Both the position numbers and the translations under genes were made by a program. This document shows positions 1 to 8,003 of a stretch of DNA of 32,000 nt, in pieces. Position 1 is the first letter of the stretch; every line of letters starts with the position of its first letter. Below the pieces are notes generated by a model. That model was not told the origin of the DNA. It saw nothing but the letters and a program-made list of their open reading frames with translations, and did no database searches. This DNA is from Dickeya dadantii NCPPB 898 (GTDB lineage Bacteria; Pseudomonadota; Gammaproteobacteria; Enterobacterales; Enterobacteriaceae). The stretch spans positions 3,357,163 through 3,389,162 of the forward strand of contig NZ_CM001976.1 in the NCBI RefSeq assembly GCF_000406145.1, given 5' to 3'.

Positions 1-269
1 ATGACGATGACGTCGGCGGCGAACAGCTCGTTGATGTAAGTGCCGCCGAGGGCGATGTCCTGCCCAAGAGCCGGCTCGCCCGGCGCTCCGCCCTGAAAGA
101 CGGCGAGATGGTCGGGGGACAGATGCCACGCCGCATCAGCGACGAGATCTCGACGAATAACGGTTTTCCCCGGATGAATGTTGAGCTGTCTGGCCACAAT
201 CTCGGCTGACAGCTGGCGGCTCACGGAATGGCTGCCGAGAATGCTGGAATCAATATGCAGGATGCTCAC
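1..269 (-). CDS. azoR: FMN-dependent NADH-azoreductase (AzoR/AcpD family). Only the N-terminal ~89 codons are present; the gene continues past the window start.
   Basis: The minus-strand reading from GTG (267-269) is preceded by AAGGAG. It gives VSILHIDSSILGSHSVSRQLSAEIVARQ...VIRRDLVADA...GTYINELFAADVIVI. This matches the AzoR N-terminal pattern (VLKSSILAGYSQSNQLSDYFV...ITVRDLAANP...LIAELKAHDVIVI). The gene is divergent from a LysR gene. Confidence 0.7.
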   Translation of the reverse strand, partial: MSILHIDSSILGSHSVSRQLSAEIVARQLNIHPGKTVIRRDLVADAAWHLSPDHLAVFQGGAPGEPALGQDIALGGTYINELFAADVIV

Positions 270-404
270 AGGTAAATCTCCTTAACAAAGCCGGAACAGG
301 TCGGCGTATGGATGACGACCGGAGTATTTCACCCTGCAAACAATCTGAATAGACGTTATATTATTATACATACCATCTCTATCTCAGATACATCAGGATT
401 CCCT

Positions 405-1313
405 ATGCTCGATGGCGTGTCGCTGGATCAATTACGAACATTCATTACTGCGGTTGATGAAGGCAGCTTCTCGGCGGCGGCGCGCCGACTCAGGCGCGCG
501 CAGTCCGCCATCAGCGAGCTGGTGCGCGGCCTGGAAGAGCAGCTTGACGTTCAGCTTTTTGATCGCAGCGGCCGCTACCCGAGGCTGACGCCGGTGGGCA
601 CCGCGTTACTGGCCAACGCCCGTGATATCGTCGCTGGCGTTGATGCCATGAAATCACGCGCCAAAGGCATGGCCGCCGGGCTGGAGCCCGAACTGACCAT
701 CGTGGTTGACGTTTTCTTCCCGATTAACGTGCTGACTAACGCGGCCAAAGCGTTTCGTGAACAGTTTCCCAACGTGCCGCTACGCATCTATGTTGAAGCG
801 CTGGGGGCGGCGTATCAGCCGGTACTGGACAGGCACGCCAGCGTTGGAATCGTCAGTTTTCTTCCGGTGACGCCGCCGGGCATCATCACCGAGCCATTAG
901 CCCGCATCACCCTCGCCATGGTCGCCGCCGCGGACCACCCGCTCGCCGCCTTTCAGGGACCGATTCCCAAACAGGAGCTCGCCAGGCATGTCCAACTGGT
1001 ACTGACCGATCGCTCAGAGCACTCCAAAGGGCGAGAGTTTGGCGTCATGTCACCCAAAACCTGGCGGCTGGCGGACCTGTTTGCCAAACATGCTTTTTTG
1101 CTCAATGGGTTGGGATGGGGCGGCATGCCGATGCATACCATCCAGTCGGACCTTGATAGCGGCCGGCTCGTTAAACTCACCATCGAGGATGAGCCCGTCA
1201 ACGAACCGTCCATGCTGATGTCGGCCGTGTATCGCATTGACAACCAGCCCGGTCCCGCCGGTCGCTGGCTTATCCAGCACATGACCGCATGTTCCCGCCA
1301 CCGGCCATCCTGA
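405..1313 (+). CDS. LysR-family transcriptional regulator
   Basis: The ORF is 312..1313. The likely true start is ATG 405 (MLDGVSLDQLRTFITAVDEGSFSAAARRLRRAQSAISELVRGLEEQLDVQLFDR), which is the canonical LysR HTH N-terminus. A LysR substrate-binding domain follows. The divergent arrangement with azoR is typical. Confidence 0.85.
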   Translation: MLDGVSLDQLRTFITAVDEGSFSAAARRLRRAQSAISELVRGLEEQLDVQLFDRSGRYPRLTPVGTALLANARDIVAGVDAMKSRAKGMAAGLEPELTIVVDVFFPINVLTNAAKAFREQFPNVPLRIYVEALGAAYQPVLDRHASVGIVSFLPVTPPGIITEPLARITLAMVAAADHPLAAFQGPIPKQELARHVQLVLTDRSEHSKGREFGVMSPKTWRLADLFAKHAFLLNGLGWGGMPMHTIQSDLDSGRLVKLTIEDEPVNEPSMLMSAVYRIDNQPGPAGRWLIQHMTACSRHRPS

Positions 1314-1407
1314 ATGCGCAGGTTTAACGCGGCCTGACGGCGGGAGCATCCGCCGACCTCATCATGACTGGCCAGCGATAACGCCGGCCGCGATGCGCCG
1401 CAACATG

Positions 1408-2481
1408 CTACTGACTCAACCGGTGCGCAATCAACCGCAGTTCTTCGGCGATTTGCTGTAAATCGCGCTGTGCATCAATGCGGGGGCCGGTAGAGTTGCG
1501 GATCACCAGCCTGGCCGGCAGGATGGACGACGATCGCTGCACGTCGTTGTCGTTGGCGTTCAGCAGGCGGTGCACCGCTTCCTTGCCCTGCAGGTCGAGG
1601 TCCAGCGAGACGGTGGTCAGCGCCGGGTGGAAAAACGAACTTTCATACGTACCGTCGTAACCAATCACCGATTTCTGGCCGGGAATGGTCAGTTGGTTCT
1701 GATGAAACGCACTCAATACGCCGAGCGCCATCTGATCATTGGCGACCAGTACCGCGCTGAACTGCGGCGTTTCGCGCAGCATCTGCAGCGCGCCGGCGTA
1801 GCCGCTTTGCGCATCCCAGTTGCCGTGAATCACCGTTGTCGGCGTCAAACCATACCCATCCAGGGTTTCCAGCCAGTTTTTCAGTCTCAACCGCGCCGAG
1901 ACTGAACCGGCCGGCCCCGCCAGCAAAGCGAAATCGCGGTGCCCCAGCTCATACAGATACTTCACGCTGGCCCGCGTGCCGTCCGCCGGATTAAAAGACA
2001 CGTTGAACACCGAACTGTAAGGGTCAACATCCAGAAATAAGCAGAGAATATCGTCATTGTCGGCGGCGATGTGCTCTGCTTCTTCCGTCTCCAGCGGCAC
2101 GTTGATGATAACCTTATCAACGCGCTGTGACTTGAGTTCGTTGATGGAATCCTGAATGCTATGATTGACGTTCTCATCAATCATGGAAATCAGCACCTGA
2201 TAACCTTCCGTATTCGCGTATCTTTTCACCGCCGCCGCCACCTGCGAAGGCGCGTGCAATGCCAGCGACGTCGTCACCAGCCCCATCGTCATGCTCTGCT
2301 TGCCCACCAGTTGCTGGGCCAGCCGGTTTGGAACATAACGCAACAGTTCAATGGACTGTTCCACCTTGCGGCGCGTGGACTCGGAGACATTCGCAGATTT
2401 GTTCAACACCCGCGATACCGTCTGATAAGAAACACCCGCGTGGCGGGCAACATCTTCTAACGTAGCGCTTTTCGACTTCAT
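1408..2481 (-). CDS. ganR: LacI-family repressor of the galactan locus (close LacI homologue)
   Basis: The 357-aa product begins MKSKSATLEDVARHAGVSYQTVSRVLNKSANVSESTRRKVEQSIELLRYVPNRLAQQLVGKQS...SLALHAPSQV...LVANDQMALG. It is collinear with E. coli LacI, including a C-terminal heptad-like tail (LQQIAEELRLIAHRLSQ). It lies next to the gan genes. Confidence 0.9.
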   Translation of the reverse strand: MKSKSATLEDVARHAGVSYQTVSRVLNKSANVSESTRRKVEQSIELLRYVPNRLAQQLVGKQSMTMGLVTTSLALHAPSQVAAAVKRYANTEGYQVLISMIDENVNHSIQDSINELKSQRVDKVIINVPLETEEAEHIAADNDDILCLFLDVDPYSSVFNVSFNPADGTRASVKYLYELGHRDFALLAGPAGSVSARLRLKNWLETLDGYGLTPTTVIHGNWDAQSGYAGALQMLRETPQFSAVLVANDQMALGVLSAFHQNQLTIPGQKSVIGYDGTYESSFFHPALTTVSLDLDLQGKEAVHRLLNANDNDVQRSSSILPARLVIRNSTGPRIDAQRDLQQIAEELRLIAHRLSQ

Positions 2482-2575
2482 GGTCGGGTTTCCCGTCGTG
2501 GTTTTACCGGGATTGTAACAGCTGGTCCGGCGAAAAAACCATGTTCTGAACCCTATTCAGGCCAAATGTTATGCA

Positions 2576-2590
2576 AGTAACACGTTCACA
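2576..2590 (-). promoter_or_regulatory. Candidate auxiliary GanR operator (lac-O3-like position)
   Basis: The reverse complement reads TGTGAACGTGTTACT. It is identical at 12 of 15 positions to the site at 2716-2730 and follows the lac O1 pattern TGTGA.CG....AC. Confidence 0.4.
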
Positions 2591-2601
2591 TATCAAAAAC
2601 C

Positions 2602-2617
2602 CGTGATGCGCATCACC
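2602..2617. promoter_or_regulatory. Candidate CRP-binding site in the ganR/ganL divergent control region
   Basis: The sequence cGTGATGCGCATCACc contains a perfect 14-bp palindrome, GTGATGC/GCATCAC. It matches the CRP core GTGA-N6-TCAC. Confidence 0.45.
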
Positions 2618-2715
2618 AATCATTACAAAACAAAATGATTTATTTGCATTAAATCACAATAAAACAACGAATCCATTGCTCAGCTTTACGCTTAGGCATT
2701 TTATTTAATTCGTAA

Positions 2716-2730
2716 TGTGAACGTAATACA
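2716..2730 (+). promoter_or_regulatory. Candidate primary GanR operator in the ganL leader
   Basis: TGTGAACGTAATACA matches lac O1 (TGTGAGCGGATAACA) at 11 of 15 positions. It sits 19-33 nt upstream of the ganL ATG, just before the SD AAGAGG. It shares the 10-mer ACGTAATACA with the site upstream of ganK. Confidence 0.5.
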
Positions 2731-2748
2731 TAACAACAAGAGGCCACC

Positions 2749-4019
2749 ATGAACACCAAACTCCTTACTGTCTCTACCGCACTCACCGTCATACTGACCT
2801 CACCGGCATTGCTGGCGGCAGAGGCAACCACCGTCCCCATTGATTTTCATGGCTATCTGCGCGGCGGCGTGGGGGTGTCCAATGATGGCGGCATGTCGCA
2901 ATGGCAAAAAAACAAGTGGGTCGTCTGGGTAACGAAAACGATACCTACGGCGAAGTGGAACTGGGCTCGGAGGTGTACAAAAAGAACGACGTCAGTTTCT
3001 ACCTCGACAGCATGGTCAGCATGGTGTCGGATGGATCCAACGATAACGAAACCACCATCGGCGATGACGCCCAGTTCGGCCTGCGTCAGTTGAATCTGCA
3101 AATCAAGGGGCTGGTCCCCGGCGACCCTAACGCCGTGATCTGGGGTGGTAAACGCTACTATCAGCGTCACGATCTGCATATTATCGATACCAAATACTGG
3201 AATATCTCCGGCTCCGGCGCCGGGATTGAAAACTATACCCTTGGCCCCGGCGCGCTCTCCGTCGCCTGGATCCGCGGCGATGCCAACGCGGTTGACGACC
3301 GCATCAACGGCAACAGCAACGTCAACATCAACTATGCCGATATCCGCTATGCCGGGCTGAAACCCTGGAAAGGCGCCTGGACGGAATTCGGCATCGACTA
3401 CGCGATGCCGAACACCACCAAAAAACAGAAAGACTTCGGCGGCCTGTATGACGCGGATAACGGCGTGATGCTGACCGGCGAAATCAGTCAGGATATGTTG
3501 GGCGGTTACAACAAAGTGGTGCTGCAGTACGCCAACAAAGGGCTGGCGCAAAACATGGTGTCGCAGGGCGGCGGCTGGTATGACATGTGGAATCAGGTGA
3601 ACAGCGCCACCGGTTATCGTGCCATCAACACCGGCCTGATTCCGCTCACCGACCGGTTATCGTTTAACCATGTGTTGACCTGGGGTTCGGCTAACCACAT
3701 CAATGAAGCGACCGACACCACCCGGCTGTTGTCGCTGGTAGGGCGTCTGCAATACCAGTTTACCGATTATGTGCGCGGCATCGGCGAAGTGGGCGCGTTC
3801 ACCCAGAAAGACAACTTCAAAAACGGCACCACGTTTAAACAAAGCGGCGAGAAATACACACTGGCGTTAGCGCTGGCGGCCGGCCCGGCATTTATGTCGC
3901 GTCCGGAATTGCGCCTCTACACCTCTTATCTGAACGACAGTCAGGACGGCAAGCCATTCAAGGACGGCACCGCCAATAACACCTGGAACGTTGGCGTACA
4001 GGTTGAGGCCTGGTGGTGA
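2749..4019 (+). pseudogene. ganL: LamB/maltoporin-family galactan porin, interrupted as sequenced by a -1 frameshift in an A7 run (2906-2912)
   Basis: The ORF 2749..3093 supplies the signal peptide plus VPIDFHGYLRGGVGVS (LamB has VDFHGYARSGIG). The ORF 2901..4019 supplies the rest of the barrel: GRLGNENDTYGEVELG, GGKRYYQRHDLHIIDTKYWNISGSGAGIEN, and the C-terminal VGVQVEAWW (LamB ends FGAQMEIWW). One extra A would fuse them into a 423-aa precursor. Confidence 0.85.
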
Positions 4020-4101
4020 TCGACGCGATATACGGAATACCCTGTTCTCCGGAGGTTGTTTTCATCATTATTATCTGAGTTATTGACGCTGTTGTTTTTT
4101 T

Positions 4102-4135
4102 GAGGATAACCAGCCGGGTTATCCTCTTTTTTATT
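4102..4135 (+). terminator. Rho-independent terminator of ganL
   Basis: The structure is GAGGATAACC-agccg-GGTTATCCTC (10-bp stem) followed by TTTTTTATTT. A T-run also precedes the stem, so on the minus strand the hairpin is followed by an A-run rather than a U-run. It is therefore a + strand terminator only. Confidence 0.85.
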
Positions 4136-4177
4136 TATCCATATATTATTTATTATCCTGCTGTTATTGACGAGCTA

Positions 4178-4492
4178 TTATTCCGGGCGGGAAAAATGCT
4201 CCTCTAATAATTTGCGTAACGTATCCGACTGTTTACCGAATATGGCATGAACCTGCTGCCCAAGAATAATAACGCCCAGCGCGCCTTCCTGCTGTAACCC
4301 TTGCGAGTCAACCAGGTTTAGGTTTTTTACCGTCACACGCAGCCGGGTAATACAGGCATCGACCTGTTCGATATTATCCCGCCCGCCAAACCACCGCAGC
4401 AGACGCTGAATCTGCTGTTTGTCGTCGTCGCTTAATTCCGGCGTCGGCTTCGGATGCGAAAAATAGCGCATAAAAGAACGCAGATTGACCAT
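4178..4492 (-). CDS. Stand-alone PTS EIIB(Glc)-like domain protein (about 104 aa), the last gene of the ganEFGAB string
   Basis: The motif NIEQVDACITRLRVTVKN fits the glucose-class EIIB phosphorylation-site signature N-x6-C-x-T-R-L-x-V. The SD GAGGAG is optimally spaced for the second ATG (4492); the ORF-track start at 4498 is only 1 nt from the SD. This may be the gene annotated ganC in D. dadantii, but I am not certain. Confidence 0.75.
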   Translation of the reverse strand: MVNLRSFMRYFSHPKPTPELSDDDKQQIQRLLRWFGGRDNIEQVDACITRLRVTVKNLNLVDSQGLQQEGALGVIILGQQVHAIFGKQSDTLRKLLEEHFSRPE

Positions 4493-4604
4493 AGTCATAC
4501 TCCTCTGAAGGCATTATACGCGGCGACGCCCGCCGGCGCGGCGGGTCATCGCCCAAGAGAAAACGCCCATGCCGGCATCGGCGATGGGTGCAGGCGGAAC
4601 GCCG

Positions 4605-6662
4605 TCAGATCAGACGGCGGCGAATCACCCGGCAATCCCAGGCGGAAAGAACAATGTCTACCAGCGGCAACCCGGTCAGCATGTCGCTATACCCGGCGGG
4701 CAGTTGAATTGGCTGCGGCTGCGCACTGTAGTTTTCGATGAAGATAAACTCGTCGTCGCCGTTGGTACGGCGATGGGCCGTTACCGCCGGCGGCAGCGGG
4801 ATATCCAACGCCCGCGGCAGAGCCAGTTCACGGATGATGGCGCCAAAGAAATCGCGCTGGAACGCCAGATCGTTACGCGAAGTCACGTACCAGGCCTTCC
4901 CTGCGCCGACGCGGTTTACCGTCACCGCCGGCCGGCCGGCGTAGAAATCGTCACAGTAACTGGCGAGCGCCGTCGCGCCTTCAAGGTGGATCAACTCGCA
5001 CAGGTGGCGCGCCTGATACGGCCCTTTCAGCCCGATATCATTGTCCGCCAGCCCCAGTACCCGGTTGTATTCACCGTCGGCCAGACAGTCGATCTCTTCT
5101 GACCAGATCCCCAGCACCGCGCGCAGCGGGCCGGGGAATCCGCCCTGATAACACAGGTCGCTTTCGTTAACGATGCCGCTCCAGTAGGTCACCACCACCT
5201 GCCCGCCCTGCCGCACAAACTGCTCGACACGCTCGGCAAAGCCTGGGCGCACCATGTACAGCATCGGCGCAATCAACAGCCGATAGCCGCTGAAATCGCA
5301 GTCGGCGTTGATGATGTCCGCCGCGATCCCCTGCTCCCAGAACGGGCGGTAATGTTCCGCCACGGTTGTTTCGTACTCCAGCCCGGCATTGCGCGGCCCC
5401 TGCGCGTCATCCATCGCCCAGCGGCTTTCCCAGTCAAACAGGATAGCCACCTGAGCTTCTACCCGGCTGCCCGCCACCGCATCCAGCTGCGACAATATCT
5501 GGCCGAGTTGCGCCACTTCGCGGCCGACGCGGGTATCGATATGACCGACGTGATCCACCACCGCGCCGTGGAATTTCTCCACCGAACCGCGGCTCTTGCG
5601 CCACTGGAAATACTGCACCGCGTCCGCACCGTGCGCCACCGCCTGCAACGAGGAGAGAATATGCATGCCCGGTTTCTTGAGCTTGCTGAGCGGCTGCCAG
5701 TTGGTGACGCTGGGGGTCGATTCCATCAACACAAACGGCTTGCCCTGCTTGAGCGAGCGCATCAGGTCATGGAACATCGCGATATAACAGGCCAGCGTGG
5801 CGTCGTCCTTGTCGCGGTGCCACATCGGGTAGCTGTCCCAGGAGATGAAATCCAGCACGCGCGACAGCTGCCAGTAATCGTAATCGTAGAAATACTCCAT
5901 GAAATTGGTGGTAACCGGGATCGCCGGGTTCACCCGCTTCAACGGAACGATTTCCTGCGCGCAGAAATCGGTCGCCTGCGCGGTATTAAAGCGTCGCCAG
6001 TCGAGGTTCAAGCCATGAATGGACACTTCACCCTGCGGCGCCGGCGATTCAATCTGCGACCAGTCGCTGTAGGTATGGCTCCAGAAATCGCTCCACCAGG
6101 CGTGATTGAGGTTATCCAGCGTCTGATAACGCGCCTGCAACCAGTTGCGAAACGCCTGCTGACAGCGATCGCAATGGCATTCGCCGCTGTATTCATTGGA
6201 GATGTGCCAGCCGATCACCGCCGGGTGATGCCCGTAGCGTTCTGCCAGCAGCGTATTGATTTTCGCTACTTTATCGCGGTACACCGGCGACGACAGACAG
6301 TGGTTATGGCGACCGCCGTGCAGCGCCGGCACCCGGTCGCGCCCGACGCGCAGCACTTCCGGATAACGTTGCGACATCCATGCCGGGCGGGCACCGCTGG
6401 GCGTAGCCAGAAACACCGCAATGCCCTGCCGATATAATTTATCGATAACCTCATCCAGCCAGTCGAACCGATACACGCCTTCCTGCGGCTCCAGTTTGGC
6501 CCAGCTGAAAATACCGACCGACATGACATTACATTTCACCTGTTTCATCATGGCGATATCGTCATCAATAATGCCGGAGTAATTCTCCCATTGCTCCGGA
6601 TTATAATCAGCGCCATGTAATAACCCTTCCACCTTCGGATTCAAAGGCGTAAATCGTTTCAT
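4605..6662 (-). CDS. ganB: GH42 beta-galactosidase / cytoplasmic exo-beta-1,4-galactanase
   Basis: The 685-aa product begins HGADYNPEQWENYSGIIDDDIAMMKQVKCNVMSVGIFSWAKLEPQEG and contains WHISNEY, which are typical GH42 motifs. The SD AAGGA lies 6 nt upstream. The gene sits in gan locus context. Confidence 0.9.
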   Translation of the reverse strand: MKRFTPLNPKVEGLLHGADYNPEQWENYSGIIDDDIAMMKQVKCNVMSVGIFSWAKLEPQEGVYRFDWLDEVIDKLYRQGIAVFLATPSGARPAWMSQRYPEVLRVGRDRVPALHGGRHNHCLSSPVYRDKVAKINTLLAERYGHHPAVIGWHISNEYSGECHCDRCQQAFRNWLQARYQTLDNLNHAWWSDFWSHTYSDWSQIESPAPQGEVSIHGLNLDWRRFNTAQATDFCAQEIVPLKRVNPAIPVTTNFMEYFYDYDYWQLSRVLDFISWDSYPMWHRDKDDATLACYIAMFHDLMRSLKQGKPFVLMESTPSVTNWQPLSKLKKPGMHILSSLQAVAHGADAVQYFQWRKSRGSVEKFHGAVVDHVGHIDTRVGREVAQLGQILSQLDAVAGSRVEAQVAILFDWESRWAMDDAQGPRNAGLEYETTVAEHYRPFWEQGIAADIINADCDFSGYRLLIAPMLYMVRPGFAERVEQFVRQGGQVVVTYWSGIVNESDLCYQGGFPGPLRAVLGIWSEEIDCLADGEYNRVLGLADNDIGLKGPYQARHLCELIHLEGATALASYCDDFYAGRPAVTVNRVGAGKAWYVTSRNDLAFQRDFFGAIIRELALPRALDIPLPPAVTAHRRTNGDDEFIFIENYSAQPQPIQLPAGYSDMLTGLPLVDIVLSAWDCRVIRRRLI

Positions 6663-6798
6663 AAAACATCCTTAATACTGAATTGGCAGAGAGCATATCT
6701 CCTCTATTTCGATAGGCAGGCGGGCGGCAATCCTATCATTCCCCAATGATAAATCGGGTACCGCCAACACGCCTGTCATCGAAAAACAAAAGAGATAA

Positions 6799-7998
6799 TT
6801 AATTAAAGACTTTTATCGACGGCAACGCTTCCCCCTGACAATTAAATAACGCCTGATTTTCACGGGCATTACCTATGAAACCGTGGTCATTGATATAATC
6901 CATGCCGGCTTCGGTGGCCCAGGTATTTCCCGCCGCAATGATCCAGGTCGGTTCCCAATAGAACACGCCTTTGCCGCGCTTATTGGGTACATCGATCACG
7001 CTTTGCATCAGGTCACGAATAAAATCAGCCTGTCCTTGTACCGTGGCCGGATATCTCCCTGCCGCGGCTTCCTTTGCGCCAAAGCTGTTCGGCGCGTTAT
7101 CGCAATTAGCCAGGGTGTAGCCGTAGGCGGCCTCAACCACGATCACATCTTTGTTGTAGCGCTGGCTGATGTCGTCCATGTTAGCCTTCAGCGCGCTGAT
7201 CGGGCCGTTCCAGTAGGTGTACATCGACAGACCAATCACATCGAACGGCACGCCGCGTTTGGTGATTTCATCAAACCACCAGCGGAAAGTGTCGTTCTTG
7301 GTGCCTTCCGCCAGATGCAGCATGATCTTGACCTGCCCCGGCGAACTGAGATTTTCACGTAAACCGGCAATGGAGGCATTCAGCAGGCCGGCCAGCCGGT
7401 CAAACTCGCCGCCGCCCTGCCCCCAGCTTTTGCCTTCGGGCCACAGAATGCCGCCGTTGATCTCATTGCCGATCTGCACCATATCCGGCAGCACCCCTTC
7501 CCGCTTGAAGCGGGCAATGGTGTCGCGGGTATAGTCATGAATGACAACTTTCAGTTGATCATACGATAGATGAGCCCAGGCTTTCGGCTTGAACTGCTTG
7601 CCGGGGTCAGTCCAGAAGTCACTGAACTGAAGGTCCAGCAACAGTTTGAGGCCTTGATCTTTGGCGCGTTTGGCCAGTGTCAGCGTGGTCGCCAAATCGT
7701 TATCGCCGCCGCCGTAAGGGTGCCCGGCGGCATCGCGGGGATCAACCCACAAACGCAGCCGGATGTAGTTGACGCCGTTCTTCTTCAGCAGCGCGATCGG
7801 GTCGACGCGAGCGCGGTTTTCGTCGTAAAACACGCCGCCCTGACGCTCCACTTCCAGCAAGGTGGAAATATCCGCGCCCTTGATAAAATCGGCCGGGGCA
7901 TTGCGTAGCGGTTTTATCACGACAGACTCCGCCGCCATCAGCGGCGCGGCGCCCAGCGCCAGGGAAACAGCCAGTAATGCGGGTATCATCTTTTTCAT
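6799..7998 (-). CDS. ganA: GH53 endo-beta-1,4-galactanase, secreted or periplasmic
   Basis: It has the signal peptide MKKMIPALLAVSLALGAAPLMAAES and GH53-type motifs (GADISTLLEVERQGGVFYD, VQIGNEINGG, YWEP). I prefer the ATG at 7998 because AAGGA lies 8 nt upstream. The ORF-track start at 8007 overlaps the ganG stop (ATGA) and remains possible. Confidence 0.88.
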   Translation of the reverse strand: MKKMIPALLAVSLALGAAPLMAAESVVIKPLRNAPADFIKGADISTLLEVERQGGVFYDENRARVDPIALLKKNGVNYIRLRLWVDPRDAAGHPYGGGDNDLATTLTLAKRAKDQGLKLLLDLQFSDFWTDPGKQFKPKAWAHLSYDQLKVVIHDYTRDTIARFKREGVLPDMVQIGNEINGGILWPEGKSWGQGGGEFDRLAGLLNASIAGLRENLSSPGQVKIMLHLAEGTKNDTFRWWFDEITKRGVPFDVIGLSMYTYWNGPISALKANMDDISQRYNKDVIVVEAAYGYTLANCDNAPNSFGAKEAAAGRYPATVQGQADFIRDLMQSVIDVPNKRGKGVFYWEPTWIIAAGNTWATEAGMDYINDHGFIGNARENQALFNCQGEALPSIKVFN

Positions 7999-8003
7999 GG
8001 TGA

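Noticed and set aside
312-404. N-terminal extensions suggested by the ORF track: LysR from 312, ydfJ from 20748, hutU to 26454, hutH to 28060, ganG to 9017, ganE to 11566, and the binding protein to 30751.
   Set aside because: The extensions have no homology to the respective families. They overlap upstream genes or lack an SD. Internal ATGs with good SDs give canonical N-termini.
2901-4019. The ORF 2901..4019 as an independent 372-aa gene starting at ATG 2901.
   Set aside because: It lacks a signal peptide and the first beta-strand of the LamB fold, both of which are encoded upstream in another frame. It is the downstream part of the frameshifted ganL.
4079-4172. The 10-bp direct repeat GTTATTGACG (4079-4088 and 4163-4172) flanking the ganL terminator, considered as target-site duplications of a miniature insertion.
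   Set aside because: There are no terminal inverted repeats between the copies. The region is AT-rich and low in complexity, so a 10-mer recurrence may be chance.
4513-4518. A perfect TATAAT (minus strand) about 15 nt upstream of the EIIB-like gene start, considered as an internal promoter.
   Set aside because: There is no acceptable -35 or extended -10 at the right spacing. A single hexamer is insufficient, and the gene may simply be co-transcribed with ganB.
5352-6437. A 361-aa ORF on the + strand, opposite ganB. The same pattern appears in other long antisense ORFs: 2853..3551(-), 8049..8582(+), 9214..10278(+), 12032..12652(-), 19001..20041(-), 22257..22907(-), 24736..26391(+), 26546..27361(+), 28293..28757(+) and 29504..30760(+).
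   Set aside because: All lie antisense to genes with strong, full-length family matches. Their products are Arg/Gly/His/Ala/Pro-rich low-complexity strings with no motifs. Such shadow ORFs are expected in GC-rich coding DNA.
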